A stretch of 63,967 nucleotides of DNA, the filler included, from Chiloscyllium plagiosum (taxonomy: Eukaryota), in the NCBI RefSeq assembly GCF_004010195.1. It is 5 parts of one record of this genome, joined end to end, with 100 filler letters (N's around TTAATTAATTAA, not from the genome) between each part and the next. Parts side by side here need not be neighbours in the genome. Positions count along the whole stretch, not along the records: positions 41,390 to 50,802 come from NC_057714.1; positions 50,903 to 61,113 come from NC_057714.1; positions 61,214 to 63,967 come from NC_057714.1; 2 more parts are not named here. The stretch is one strand, 5' to 3'. Below, piece after piece: positions 50,588 through 62,639 of this stretch. The notes beneath the pieces were generated by a model. That model was not told where the DNA came from and made no database searches. It worked only from the letters and a program-made list of their open reading frames with translations. Position numbers and translations under genes: made by a program. How positions within the stretch are numbered: the first letter of the stretch is position 1; each line of letters begins with the position of its first letter.

Positions 50588-50802
50588 TGTCGCCACAGCC
50601 ACTTCCGCCCCCAGTGACATCACTCACCTGCACAACGACCACGCCGCATGCGACTCCGCCCCCACGCCGATATCCGTCACCACGCCTAACCCCGCCCCCA
50701 CGCCGATCTCTGTCACCACGCGTAACCCCGCCCCCGCGGACACCTCCTCCTACTGCCTCCTTGACCATGACCCCACCTCCCACCACCAAACCATCATCTC
50801 CC
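50588..50802 (+). mobile_element. Internal Penelope-like ORF fragment with 36-bp repeats
   Basis: (APTPISVTT[PR]NP)x2 followed by DTSSYCLLDHDPTSHHQTIIS, resembling the PLE pre-RT DxxxY...DPT motif. Confidence 0.65.
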
Positions 50803-50902
50803 NNNNNNNNNNNNNNNNNNNNNNNNNNNNNNNNNNNNNNNNNNNNTTAATTAATTAANNNNNNNNNNNNNNNNNNNNNNNNNNNNNNNNNNNNNNNNNN
50901 NN

Positions 50903-51354
50903 TTGGAGGTCGCGGCCTTTAGCTCCGCCCCTCCGACTCAGCGCTCGATTTCTTTAATGTCTCGGTTGTGCCTTTGCAGCGCGGCCGAGAGTGAGTCCCA
51001 TCGACTTCGGGATTCTTCGATGAAAGTGTCGATCTTCGCATCCAGTTTGGAGATGATTTCCACGAAGTTCACCACTGTAGGTAAGTCCCCCGGGGCAGCT
51101 GCGGACGTCTCTGCTGCAGCTGGAGAGGGTGGGGGAGGGGTTCCTGCTTGCTGAGAGCTGCGGGCTCCCTTCCCTTTGGTCATTTTTACTAAAGATTAGA
51201 TTGTTTAAATTTAATACTAAGCAACTAATTAAATTAAACAGCTATTTTGAATGATTTGGTGAGTGTGGTGGGGGTGGGTGACCCACTTTACCCAAGTCTT
51301 GGGAGGAGCACTGTAGGCTCAGACTTGCTGGGTCGCCGCCATCTTGGATCCCCC
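50903..51354 (-). mobile_element. 5' end of a second L1-clade element (5'UTR and ORF1 N-terminus)
   Basis: Starts GGGGGATCCAAGATGGCGGCG. ORF 51183 MTKGKG...ISKLDAKID..DIKEIER is coiled-coil-like and parallels 24149. Confidence 0.75.
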
Positions 51355-52170
51355 GGAACAGGCAATTCTGGACTTGATGATGTGTAATGAGGCAGACTTG
51401 ATTAGGGTGCTTAAGGTGAAGGAACCCTGAAGGGACAGTGACCATGATATGATAGAACCTGCAGTTTGAGAGGCAGAAGTTGAAATCAGATGTAACAGTT
51501 TTACAGAGTTGATTGGAGAGGGAGCCTAGATGGGAAGATGGTGAAGGAGCAAAAAAACAGGAGTTTCTGGGGATAATTTGGGAGACACAGTAGAAATGCA
51601 TCTCAAGGAAAAAGAAACATATGAAGGGGAGAATGAGGCAACCATGGCTGACAAGAGTAGTCAGTGACAGTGTAAAAGTGACAGAAAAAAACATACAATG
51701 TGGTGGTGATTAGTGGGAAGCTAGAAGATTGAGAAGCCTTTAAAAGCCTTTACAGCGGAGCTAGAAAAAGCAATAAGATGGGTGGGGAGAAGATGAAGTA
51801 TTAGGGTAAGCTAGGTAGTAATACAAAATAAGATTGCAAGAGGATTTTAGACATACAAAAGGTAAGAATGAATCTGAAAGGTCTGAAGGTGGATAAATTA
51901 TCCAGACTAGAAGGACTACACTGCAAAGTTACAGAGTCATACAGTCATACAGCAGAGAAATAGACCCTTCAGACAAAACTCATCTGGACTAGCCCAATCT
52001 GACTTAGTTCCATTTGCCAGCATTTGACCCCTATCCCTCTAAACCTTTCCTACAGCTGAGGAGATTGTACAGACGTTGGTGGTGACGGGAATCGGTCATT
52101 ACTAAGATTTTAAGAGCCCATTATCATGGGTGAGATTATGGAGGACTTGGGAAGTGCATGGTAAAATAGG

Positions 52171-52333
52171 CAAAATTGAAGACTGGAGATGCTGGAAACC
52201 AGAGTTTAGATCAGAGTGGTGCTGGAAAAGCACAGCAGGTCAGGCAGCATCTGGGTAGAAGGAAAATCAACGTTGCCGGAAAAAGCCCTTCATCAGGAAT
52301 AGAGGCAGAAAGCCTCCAGAGTGGAGAGATAAA
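52171..52333 (-). mobile_element. Solo Penelope-like terminal fragment with TSD
   Basis: Flanked by ATGGTAAAAT(A/G)GG at 52158 and 52334. Confidence 0.8.
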
Positions 52334-52377
52334 ATGGTAAAATGGGGCTGAGTCAGTGTGGCTTTGTCAAGTAGAGA

Positions 52378-53320
52378 TCACAGAGTCGTAGAGATGTACA
52401 GCATGGAAACAGACCCTTTGGTCCAACTCGGCCATGCCGATCAGATATCCCAACCTAATCTAATCCCATTTGCCAGCACCTGGCCCATATGCCTCTAAAC
52501 CCTTCCCATTCATATACCCATCCAGATGTTTTTTTAAATGTTGCAATTGTACTGGCCTCCACCACTTCCTCTGGCAGCTCATTCCATACACATACCACCC
52601 TCTGCGTGAAAAAGTTGCCCCTTAGGTCTCTTTTATATCTTTCCCCTCTCATCCTAAACCTATGCCCTCTAGTTCTGGACTCCCGCACCCCAGGGAAAAT
52701 ACCTTGTCTATTTGTCCTATCCATGCCCCTCATGATTTTATAAATCTCTATAATGCCACCCTTCAGCCTCTGACACTCCAGGGAAAATAGCCCCAGCCTA
52801 TCAGCCTCTCCCTATACCTCAAATCCTCCAACCCTGGCAGCATCCTTGTAATTCTTTTCTGAACCCTTTCAAGTTTCAAAACATCCTTCTGATAGGAAGG
52901 AGAGCAGAATTGCATGCGATATTCCAAAAATGGCCTAACCAATGTCCTGTACAGTCACATGACCTCCCAACTCCTGTGCTCAATATTCTGACCAATAAAA
53001 GAAAGCGTATCAAATGCCTTCTTCATATCCTGGGTCTGGGTGGGTTGCTCTTCGGAGGGTTGGTGTGGACTTGTTGGGCCGAAGGGCCTGTTTCCACACT
53101 GTAAGTAATTTAATCTAAGTAATCTAATCTAATCCTATTGACTCTACTTTCAAGGAGCTATGAAACTGCACTCCAAGATCTCTTTGTTCAGCAACACTCC
53201 CTCGGACCTTACCATTAAGTGTAAAAGTCCTGCTGAGATTTGCTTTCCCAAGATGCAGCACCTTACATTTATCTAAATTAAACTCCATCTGCCACTCCTC
53301 CGCCCATTGGCCCATCTGAT
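52378..53320 (-). mobile_element. CR1 3' portion (same family as 14361) with an HE1 3' fragment (+) at ~53030-53135
   Basis: Motifs WAEEWQMEFNLDKC and RGNFFTQRVV..WNELP. An HE1 tail with (AATCT)n is inserted. Confidence 0.88.
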
Positions 53321-54446
53321 CGTGCCTGATAAATCTGCTAGAATTTCTTGAGAAGGTAATAAGCAAGTGAGACAAAGCAGAGGCAATGGATGTGATCTAT
53401 TTGGATTTTTAGAAGGCTTCTGATAAGGTACCGCACAGGAGGCTGCTAAATAAGATAACAGCCTGTGGTGTTAGAGGTACTGGCATGGATAGAGGATTCA
53501 GTGACTGGCAGACAGTAGAGAGTGGGGATAAAGATGTTTATTTCAGGACACACCCAGCGACCAGTGGAGTTCACATTAATACAGTAACTATTTGAATGGA
53601 GGAATTGAGGGCTTTATTGTTAAATTTGCAAAGGACTGAAAGATAGGTGGTGGGACAGGTAGTTTTGAGGGACTGGGGAAATTGCAGAAGGATTTGGACA
53701 AACTAGCAGTGTGGGCATGGAAGTGATAGATGGAATAATGTGGAAAGTTATAGCAGGAAGAATATTTTCTAAACTATTTTCTAAATGGCAAGGGTTTTGA
53801 AAATCTGTAGCACAAAGGACTTAGGAGTCCTTGTTCAGGATTCTCTTAAAGTTAATATGCAGATTCAGTTGGCGGTTAGAAACGAAAATGCAATGTTAGC
53901 ATTCATTTCAGGAAGGCTAGAATACAAGAGCAGAGATGTACTGCTGAGGCTGTAAAAGGCTTTGATTAAATTGCATTTGGAATATTGTGAGCAGTTTTAG
54001 GCCCTGATTCTCAGGGGTTGTCATATGAGGAACAGTTGAGAATTCTGGGTGTGTATTCAATGGAGTTTGGAAGGATGGTATTGGTGGGGTGGGGGGGCGG
54101 AGAGGTGATAGTAATTTGATGAAAACTTCCAAAATACTGACAGGCCTGGATAAAAAAGACATGGAGAAGATTATTCCATTTGTAGGAGAGACTAGGACCT
54201 CAGTGCACAGCCTCACAGTGAAGGGATGACCTTTCAGAACTAAGATGAGGAATTTCTTCAGCCAGAGGGCAGTTAACCTGTCATTTTTGCAGATGGCGGT
54301 GGAGGCCATTGAGTGTATTTAAAACAGAGATAGATAGTTTCTTGATTAGTAAGGGCATCAAGCGTTACAGGAAGAAGGCAGGAGAATTAAGTTAAGAAAC
54401 ATATCAACCATGATCAATTGGTGGAACAGACTCAATGCCTAATTGA

Positions 54447-54818
54447 GGGCGGCACGGTGGCTCAGCGCAGGGCAGCATAGTGGCTCGGCGGAAGGGGGCA
54501 CAATGGCTCAGCGGTTAGCACTGCTGCCTCACAGTGCCAGTGACCCAGGTTCGATTCCCGCCTTTGGTGACTGTCTATGTGGAGTTTACACATTCTCCCT
54601 GTGTCTGCATGGGTTTTCCCCGGGTGCTCTGGTTTCCTCCCACAATCCAAAGATGTGCAAATCAGGGGAATTGGCCATGCTAAATTGCTCATAGTGTTAG
54701 GAGCATTAGTCAGGGCTAACCATAGTGAAATGGGTCTGGGTGGGTTACTGTTCGGAGGGTTGATGTGGACTTGCTGGGCCAAATGGCCTGTTTCTACATT
54801 TGGGAATCTAATCTAATT
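54447..54818 (+). mobile_element. HE1-type V-SINE, full length, with a triplicated 5' head
   Basis: GGGCGGCACGGTGGCTCAG head, B box GGTTCGATTCC, V-domain TGTGGAGTTT.CA..TTCTCCC.GTGTCTGC and a CR1-derived tail. Confidence 0.9.
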
Positions 54819-56514
54819 CTGCTCCCCTACCTTAAGATCTTATGTTTGCCTAATGTTGTGCATCCCAGTGGTTCTCAACCAATGCCCTTGAATCCCATAA
54901 TTATTCCATCATCTTTCTGTTGTCCTTCCTCCCAGTGTAATAATAGAGTCTAACTGTTCTAGTATTTCAGTACTGGCTAATCAGATTATGGGAGGTTAAC
55001 TTTGTGAATTGTCGACACTTCCTTCTAATTCACTGTTACAGTGTCAGTCTTTCTCCATTAGTCTCACCACTTGATATTCTTGCTTTTTTTAAACCAACTT
55101 CTCTCCAATGTTATTGTTCAAACATGTTTACATGACATAACTGATTCTTGAGGTATGTTCCGGTATCATTCACATCCAGAAACTGTTCAGCTAGCCAGGA
55201 GTCAGATAGTTGTTGTCAGGCTGACAGCTTTTCGCATCCACCCACAAACCAATCGGCAATCGGTTGCCAGCTGAATTCAATTTCGTGCACATCCCCAGGG
55301 TCAGATTGTCTACAAACATCTTACCCCACTGCTTGAATAAAGCAGCAGTGCAAACACTATTCACATTTGCTTTTTTAAAACAGCAATTGCTTCCACATTC
55401 CTTGTTTTTAGGAATAGTCTATTTTCCATTTCAGTCCACAATTATAAATAAAGAACAATAAAAAGATATAGTCTTTTAATTGAGACAATGTTGGAAGCTT
55501 GGTCTAACAGTATTTCTACTGGCAGCCCATATTGAGAAAAACAATTGAGCTAATTATTCTACCACGGCTTTAGCTGTAATTGCCAAAGGAATAGCTTCTG
55601 AAAATCCAGCTGTCATATCTATAATTGTAATGATATACTGGTGTTTAGTTTTCATTTTTTGTAATGGTCTTACACAATTTATTAACACTCCACGGAATGG
55701 TTCTACAAAAATATATATCAGTATTAATGGCGTTGGTGAGGCTCTCTCATTACCTGATCGCATGGCATGTTTTACAGAACTGCAGTGCATCCTTTTGAAG
55801 ACCCAAACAGGAATATATGCCTGCTTATCGATGTTTGAGTCTTTGTATTCCTCCAAGTACAGCTGTGGAATTTCATGTACTTCCTTCCAAAGCTCTTTAC
55901 TATATCAGGACAGAACCGTTACTGGAAGAATAACCATCATTCTTCATCTGCAGATCTGTGAGGATGCCTCCACTTCCCCCTCAGAACTCCATCTTTAAAA
56001 GAATAAAGTTCCAGAATTCCTTCAGCCTCAACCTTCGTGTGGGCTGATTGTGCTAACATACTTAATTCTGGATTTGCTTTCTCAGTTTCAATTAAAGACA
56101 ACTTGCTAAATACTTCTTGTAAATTATCTCCAGCTTTTTTGAAAATATCTCATTGATCTTACAACTGATTGTGGTAGCACATTGACATCTGGTGATGGAG
56201 TTTGTTCGACCATTGTTCTGGTCTCTATATGTGCCGGTAAAAAAAAGCCTGGAATTTGTTCCTGTAACTGCTTCACCTCTTTAACAGCCTCTATGATGGA
56301 CAAAGCTACAATCTTTACTCTGCACAAATGATTCTTTAGGAGTGAGTCGACCCATTAATGGGTAATTTCTGACCATTTCCAAATGTCACTGTTCTGGATA
56401 GTAGGTCACATTCTAGGTGCACTTTCTACAAAGGAACAGCCACTAATTCCATTTATCAAACTTCCATTTGGCTTTCAATATACTGTCTAGAGGAAAATGC
56501 AAGCTTGTCTATAG

Positions 56515-57620
56515 CACATATGAACATACGAATCGGGAGCAGGAGTAAGTAATTCAGCATCTTGAGTCTGCTTGATGATTCAATAAGATGAGTAAAACAT
56601 TCCTGCCTTCCTGATAACCTTTCAACCCTTTGCTTAACAAGATTCTATCCACTTCTGCCTTTAAAATACATAAAGATTCTGTTTCCACTGCATTTTCAGG
56701 AAGAGGTTTCTAAAGACTCACAACCCTCACAAAAAGATTTTTGCCTAATCTGTATTAAACAGGTGATCCATGATTTTTAAACAGTAAACCCTAGTTCTAG
56801 ATTCTTCCATAAGAGGAAACTTGCTCTTCACATCTACCCTGTCAAAACCCTTTAGGATTTTACATATTTTAAATTGTTTCTAACATCCAGCGACTACAAG
56901 CCAAGCCCAACCAACTCTTATAGGACAAAGTTAAAAATCACACAACACCAGGTTATAGTCCAACAAGTTTATTTGGAAGTACTAGCTCACCTGTATACCT
57001 GAAACATAAGCTCCTTATTTTCTCTCATAATGTATCTTAACATTGTATTAGTCTTCCAAATTTCTTACTGTATACTAACCTTTTGCAGTTCATACATGAG
57101 GACATCCAGATCCCTCTGCATCACAGACCTCTGTAATCTCTCACCACTTAGAAAACATGCTTCATCTTTTATTCTTCCTGCCAAAATGGACAATTTCAAA
57201 ATTTTCCACATTATACTCCACTTGCTACACCTTTGCCCACTGATTTAAACTGTCAATATCTTTTTGTAACCTCCTTGTACCCTCTCTTTACTATTAGCTA
57301 GACAATCTTTCTTTCATCAATGCTAATATGTTAATGCTAAACTGCTGAGTTTTTAATTTCTGCAATAACCTTCGACGTGCCTTTTCAAATGCCTTCTGGA
57401 AATCTAAGTTCTCCTTTATCAATGACACATGTTGTCTCCTTAAAGAACTCCAATAGACTGATCAATCATATTTCCTTTCATAACGCGGTTGACCCTGCAT
57501 AATTAACTTGAACTGATCCATGCGCCCTGATATAACTTGTTTAATAACAGCTTTTAACATTCTGTCTATGACAGATATTAAGCTAATTGGCAAGTAGTTT
57601 CCTGCTTTCTGTCTCCCCTT
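56515..57620 (-). mobile_element. Old CR1 RT/3' end inserted in the Gypsy element, with a PLE-type 3' fragment at ~56925-56990
   Basis: Reverse CR1 3'UTR at 56515, plus NYLPISL and YLDFQKAF motifs. Confidence 0.72.
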
Positions 57621-59424
57621 TTGAATGACGAGTTTGTTTTAACTCGTTATATGAATTTAGCCGTAACATTTGAAGAGAAAGGAGCTAGTTTCCTTTGACA
57701 AAAATCCTTCATAGCTCTGATCTACTTGCTCATCTCTCCTGCATGCTTAGTAGCATTTATATTCCAGTTAAAGCTACAACTTGATCTGTGGCATTATCTT
57801 TCTGAGCTCCTTTTCTAAACTCTCTCTTAAGTTTCATTGACTCCAAGTACAAAGGGCTTCTCACACAACTTCCAGCATTCTGAATAAAGGTGTCTCACTT
57901 TATTATGAAAGGAAGACTTATGTCTATGATTCTCACTTTCACCCTCAGCAACAGTTTTTCTGGTTTGAATTCCTGAGGTCTGTTCCTTCTTTACTTTGAC
58001 GACTTGGCCTTCCTTTCACTCTCCCATGTTTTTGGGCCGATAGAGGGATGGAGAAAAAATTTGCCTCATGGATCAGATCATCATCATCAGCCATCTTCCC
58101 TGTCTTTCTAGCTGCTGCAAACCTCTGGTCTCTGGTTGAGAGTGAATTTTTAAATTCTTCTAAGAAAGTAATTTCTCTAAGAGCTTCATACATGGTATAT
58201 ACTCCCAATGTCCATATCTAATGACCAAAACTATTTTGCCTCAACCTTTCAAACTGTAGGTCTGCCTCGGTTGTTTTCTTAGGTTTTTGCCTATGTGCCT
58301 GAGGAACTAACTTATATGCATCCAGAACAGCCTCATAATGCATCAAAAGTTTTCTGACAGGAATATGTGAATCTCATATGCTTTATGTGTCAACCTGCTC
58401 TGCATGGGCAATATCCAAGTTTCCTTCACTGCTCCTTTCGTTTTACTACTTTATCAGACAATAAAGAACACCTCATTTTTTTTTCCTCAAAGTTTGGTAC
58501 AGTTTATACAAACTTAAAATATTTCCTTATTCGATTTCAGATTAAGGTTAGGTTTTCCCTCATCAGAGCCTCCCTTTCAGGTCTCTCTTTTTAACTCTCG
58601 CCTTCTAAGCTGATATCTTTGTTCCAATTCCCTCTTCTTACCTTCCTGAAACTCCAATTCCAGCCTTTTAGGTGCTTCTTTTCTATCTCCTTTCTTTGAA
58701 GTATTCTCTCTTCTGAAACTCAAGAATTTTAAGTTCCAAATTTTCTTTTCTTTCTCTGATATTTGCATCTATTTCTGATCTAATTCTGTTTCATTTTGTT
58801 TTATGTTCAAGCTGCTTTAAGAGTAACTCAATAATAATTAATTTGGATAACTCATGACTTAGAGTACCTGGTCTCTCATGTTTTTCCACTAATCCCAAAT
58901 AACATGCTAGTATGCAAATTATCTCTGCCTTTTTTGCCTTTGTAGTAAATTCCACATTTACCTTGATTACCAATTCTATTTGTTCACCCTTTGTAAAATT
59001 CTGTAAATCTGTCAGAGATGCATCCTCCATCTTAAAAATAAATTAGGTCCTTCCAATGCCTTCTCATTTCTTATAATGAGAAACCAAGTATCTGTTCCTT
59101 TCTCCTTTACTAATTATTGTTACTTCATGTCTACTTTCACATTGTTCGCATCCAAATAAATCCCACATAAGCTCCAAACTTTGACACAGGAGTAGTGTCC
59201 TGGAAATCAAGCCTGATCACTTCACAAGCTGTACCAGAAGCCAAAGTTTCATATTCAAACACCAAAAGTGGTCAATTTGTTTCTCTTTATTATTGCTAAC
59301 TAGAATAAATGATACTTTCCATTAAACTTAAAAAATGTTAATTATAGGCAAACCTATTTTTAAACAGGTGACAAATTAAGGTTATCAACTGGGCTCCTAC
59401 GTGACTTTAATCCCAAACACGTAA

Positions 59425-59466
59425 ACATACACACATATACACACACACACAACACACACACACACA
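59425..59466. repeat. (CA)n microsatellite
   Basis: Read directly from the sequence. Confidence 0.85.
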
Positions 59467-60059
59467 AAGAGACAGGATGAGTCACTGGCTCTGCACAGTA
59501 ATTACGAGTGGGAAAATAAGGAAACTCTTAAAGATCAGAAGTCCAAGCTTAGAGTGTGGGTGACTTTCTCACAGTTCATTTGGTTTCATGTCTATGAGTT
59601 CATGTTGTTGTCAATTGCGGAATGATAGAAAAGCTTCAGACCAGATTTCAAATTCAGGTGAGAAACAATTACAAATCCCGATACCTGAATCCTTATTAGG
59701 TTTTCCAGGCTACTTCATCGACAGGAATACAAATGGCGCTATATTCATTTCCAAGATATGACTGTTACAGTCTGGGAGAAAGTTCTACATCAAACTCCCA
59801 GCAATTATTTACATCTTCTAGGTCTGTACTAAAGAAAACACTAGTTACCCCAGTCTTGAGTCTGTTGGTAGGCAATGGTGTCATAGAACCATTGGGTCTT
59901 TTCAGGTCTGTTTGCTCAACGATGAAAACAACAAACTTGATGCATATTTCTCTCAAAATCTTTGCTGGACACTACTTCTAAAATCAGAGTTTTTTGGTAA
60001 ACAGAAAATAGACCATATTTGCCTTTGACTTTCTAGTTCATAAATCCTTTACAACCCAG

Positions 60060-60879
60060 TAACTGGAAAACATTATCAGGATTGCACAAAACCAGCATGG
60101 CATTATGAAAAGTATGTCATGCTTAACAAGTCTACTGGAGTTTTTGAAGATGCAAAGAGCAGAATAGTTCTTGTGGTTCTGTTCGCCGAGCTGGGACTAG
60201 TGCTGTATGGCACGGATCAGTGCTTGGGCCTCAGCTATTTAGGACAAATATAAATGACTTGAGGTAACCAAATGCAACATTTCCAAGTTTGCTGATATCA
60301 CAAAACCAGACAGGATTGTGAGGTGTGAGGAGGATGCATGTAAGCTCCAAGGTGATTTAGACAAGTTGAATGAGTGAGCGAATAAATGACAGATGCAGTA
60401 TATGTGGATAATTGTGAAGTTATACACTTCAGTATGAGAAACAGAAAGGAAGAGTTCTATTTAGATAATGACTTACTGATAAGAATGGATATGCAAAGGG
60501 AGTACGTCAATGAAAGCATACAGGCAAGTGCAACAAACAGTTAGGAAGATAAATGGTATTTTGGCTTTCATTTCAACAGGATGAGATTTCAGAAGTTGGG
60601 AAGTCTTATTGTAATTGTACAATCATGGTGAGACCACATCTAGAGTACCAAGAGCAGTTTTGGTCTCTCTACCGAAGAAAGAATTTGCTTGCCTTAGAAG
60701 AGGTGCTGGGGAGGTTCACGAGACTGCCACTGGGGTTGGCAGCACCGTCCTATGAGAAAAAAATAATTTACTGGGCCTTTATTTACTAGACTTTAGAAGG
60801 ATAAGAGGGGATCTGATTGAAACATTTTAAATTCGAACAGGGCGAGACAAATTAGATGTAGGGAGGATATTTTTCCTAG
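60060..60879 (+). mobile_element. Old CR1 RT fragment
   Basis: Motifs QHG, ISKFADITK and VRPHLEY.EQFWS. Confidence 0.8.
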
Positions 60880-61113
60880 GGTAAAAACAATGACTGCAGA
60901 TGCTGGAAACCAGATTCTGGATTAGTGGTGCTGGAAGAGCACAGCAGTTCAGGCAGCATCCAAGGTGCTTCGAAATCGACGTTTCGGGCAAAAGCCCTTC
61001 ATCAGGAATAAAGGCAGTGAGCCTGGAGCGTGGAGAGATAAGCTAGAGGAGTGTGGGGGTGGGGAGAAAGTAGCATAGAGTACAATGAGTGAGTGGGGGA
61101 GGGGATGAAGGTG
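60880..61113 (-). mobile_element. Penelope-like 3' end with an intact hammerhead core
   Basis: Minus strand reads TTCCTGATGAAGGGCTTTTGCCCGAAACGTC; truncated by a gap. Confidence 0.85.
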
Positions 61114-61213
61114 NNNNNNNNNNNNNNNNNNNNNNNNNNNNNNNNNNNNNNNNNNNNTTAATTAATTAANNNNNNNNNNNNNNNNNNNNNNNNNNNNNNN
61201 NNNNNNNNNNNNN

Positions 61214-61535
61214 GCCAGAGACTTTTCCCCAGGGCAGGATTGACTGGTATGAGAAGTCATAGTTTGAAGATATTAGGAGAAAGGTATAAAGGAGACGTCA
61301 GAGATAGGTTCTTTACGCAGAGAGTTGTGAATGCATGGAATGCGTTGCCAGCTGTGGTGGTGGAAGCAGAGTCATTGGGGACATTTAAGCGACTGCTGGA
61401 CATGCACATGGATAACAGTGAGTTGAGGGGTGCATAGGTTAAGTTACTATATTTTACAATAGGATTAAGTCTCGGCACAAAATCGTGGGCCTAAGGGCCT
61501 GTTCTGTGCTGTACTTTTCTATGTTCTATGTTCTA
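61214..61535 (+). mobile_element. Young CR1 3' end
   Basis: RFFTQRVVNAWNALP..FKRLLD followed by a (GTTCTAT)n tail. Confidence 0.92.
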
Positions 61536-61577
61536 ATGCATAGATAGAATATTTCATTTCTTCCTGAGGGTATTAAC

Positions 61578-61617
61578 AATACTAATAATGCTAATAATGC
61601 TAATAATGCTAATAATG
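61578..61617. repeat. 9-bp tandem repeat (AATAATGCT)~4
   Basis: Read directly from the sequence. Confidence 0.85.
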
Positions 61618-62024
61618 AGGCAGAACAGTATAATCACCTCATAGTTCTGCAGTTAAATTACGAGTTCCTTCAGCCAAACTAATAGCATTTCTGATTTAAT
61701 GGAAGATCAAGCAAAAGAGAACAGAAAACATCAACTTTACCTTATGTTTCAATATATGGCCATGGATTTTCCTGAACTACTAATTGAAACAGATGAATCA
61801 AACCAAAGAGTTGGGGAAGTATGAAAAGAGAAGGAAAGAATGTACATTAAATGTTGCAGTAATCGAGGTAACGTGTTTCAGTATGTATATAACTTTTTCA
61901 GATATTTATAACAGAGTACAAACCTTGGAGAGGGGTGGTGTGAAAGATCTTCAAGACTCTAGACCAAACTTGCAATGATCTCATGGAGATGTGCATCACT
62001 GAGTATTAATAGCACAGAATGTAC

Positions 62025-62258
62025 AAAGTTCCCACCTCAGGCGACTGACTGTGTGGAGTTCTCCCTGTGTCTGCGTGGGTTTCCTCCGGGTGCTCCGGTT
62101 TCCTCCCATAGTCCAAAGATGTGCAGGTCAGGTGAATTGGCCATGCTAAATTGCCCGTAGTGTTAGGTAAGGGGTAAATGTAAGGGTATGGGTGGGTTGC
62201 GCTTCGGCGAGTCGGTATGGACTTGTTGGGCCAAAGGGCCTGTTTCCACACTGTAATG
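62025..62258 (+). mobile_element. 5'-truncated HE1-type SINE
   Basis: V-domain and tail similar to the 54447 copy. Confidence 0.88.
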
Positions 62259-62262
62259 TCAT

Positions 62263-62535
62263 CGAACATAGAACATAGAAGAATACAGCGCAGTACAGGC
62301 CCTTCGGCCCTCGATGTTGCGCCGATCCAAACCCACCTAACCTACACTAGCCCACTATCCTCCATATGTCTATCCAATGCCCGCTTAAATGCCCATAATG
62401 AGGGAGAGTCCACCACTGCTACTGGCAGGGCATTCCATGAACTCACGACTCGCTGAGTAAAGAACCTACCCCTAACATCTGTCCTATACCTACCACCCCT
62501 TAACTTAAAGCTATGCCCCCTTGTAATAGCTGACA
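62263..62535 (-). mobile_element. Young CR1 3' end (same subfamily as 4347)
   Basis: Near-identical to 4347-4620. Confidence 0.9.
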
Positions 62536-62639
62536 TAGCTGTAATAGCTCGGGTCATGCAGCACTCCATACACCTATCAGCCTTGCCCTTATCAGGAACA
62601 TACTGTCTCTGTACGCTCATTGTTGCAGGCCTATGGAGG

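Larger units (their letters stand above)
51355..54446 (+). mobile_element. Old CR1 ORF2 with nested younger insertions
   Basis: Motifs EQAILDLMMCNE, NLLEF, DVIYLDF*KA.DKVPH, KFA and HLEYC, followed by a 3'UTR. Confidence 0.8.
55300..60052 (-). mobile_element. Degenerate Gypsy LTR retrotransposon, Gmr1-like: LTR (~60052-59182), PBS, gag, integrase
   Basis: gag starts at 59030 (KAKKAEII, LREITFLEEFKNSL). Integrase reads INCVRPL.K.K.KHQYIITIIDM..GFSEAIPL. A decayed tRNA-Pro-like PBS, TGGAGCTTATGTGGGAT, lies at 59176-59160. Confidence 0.72.

Noticed and set aside
54495..54565. tRNA-like A/B boxes
   Set aside because: They are the head of an HE1 SINE, not a tRNA gene.
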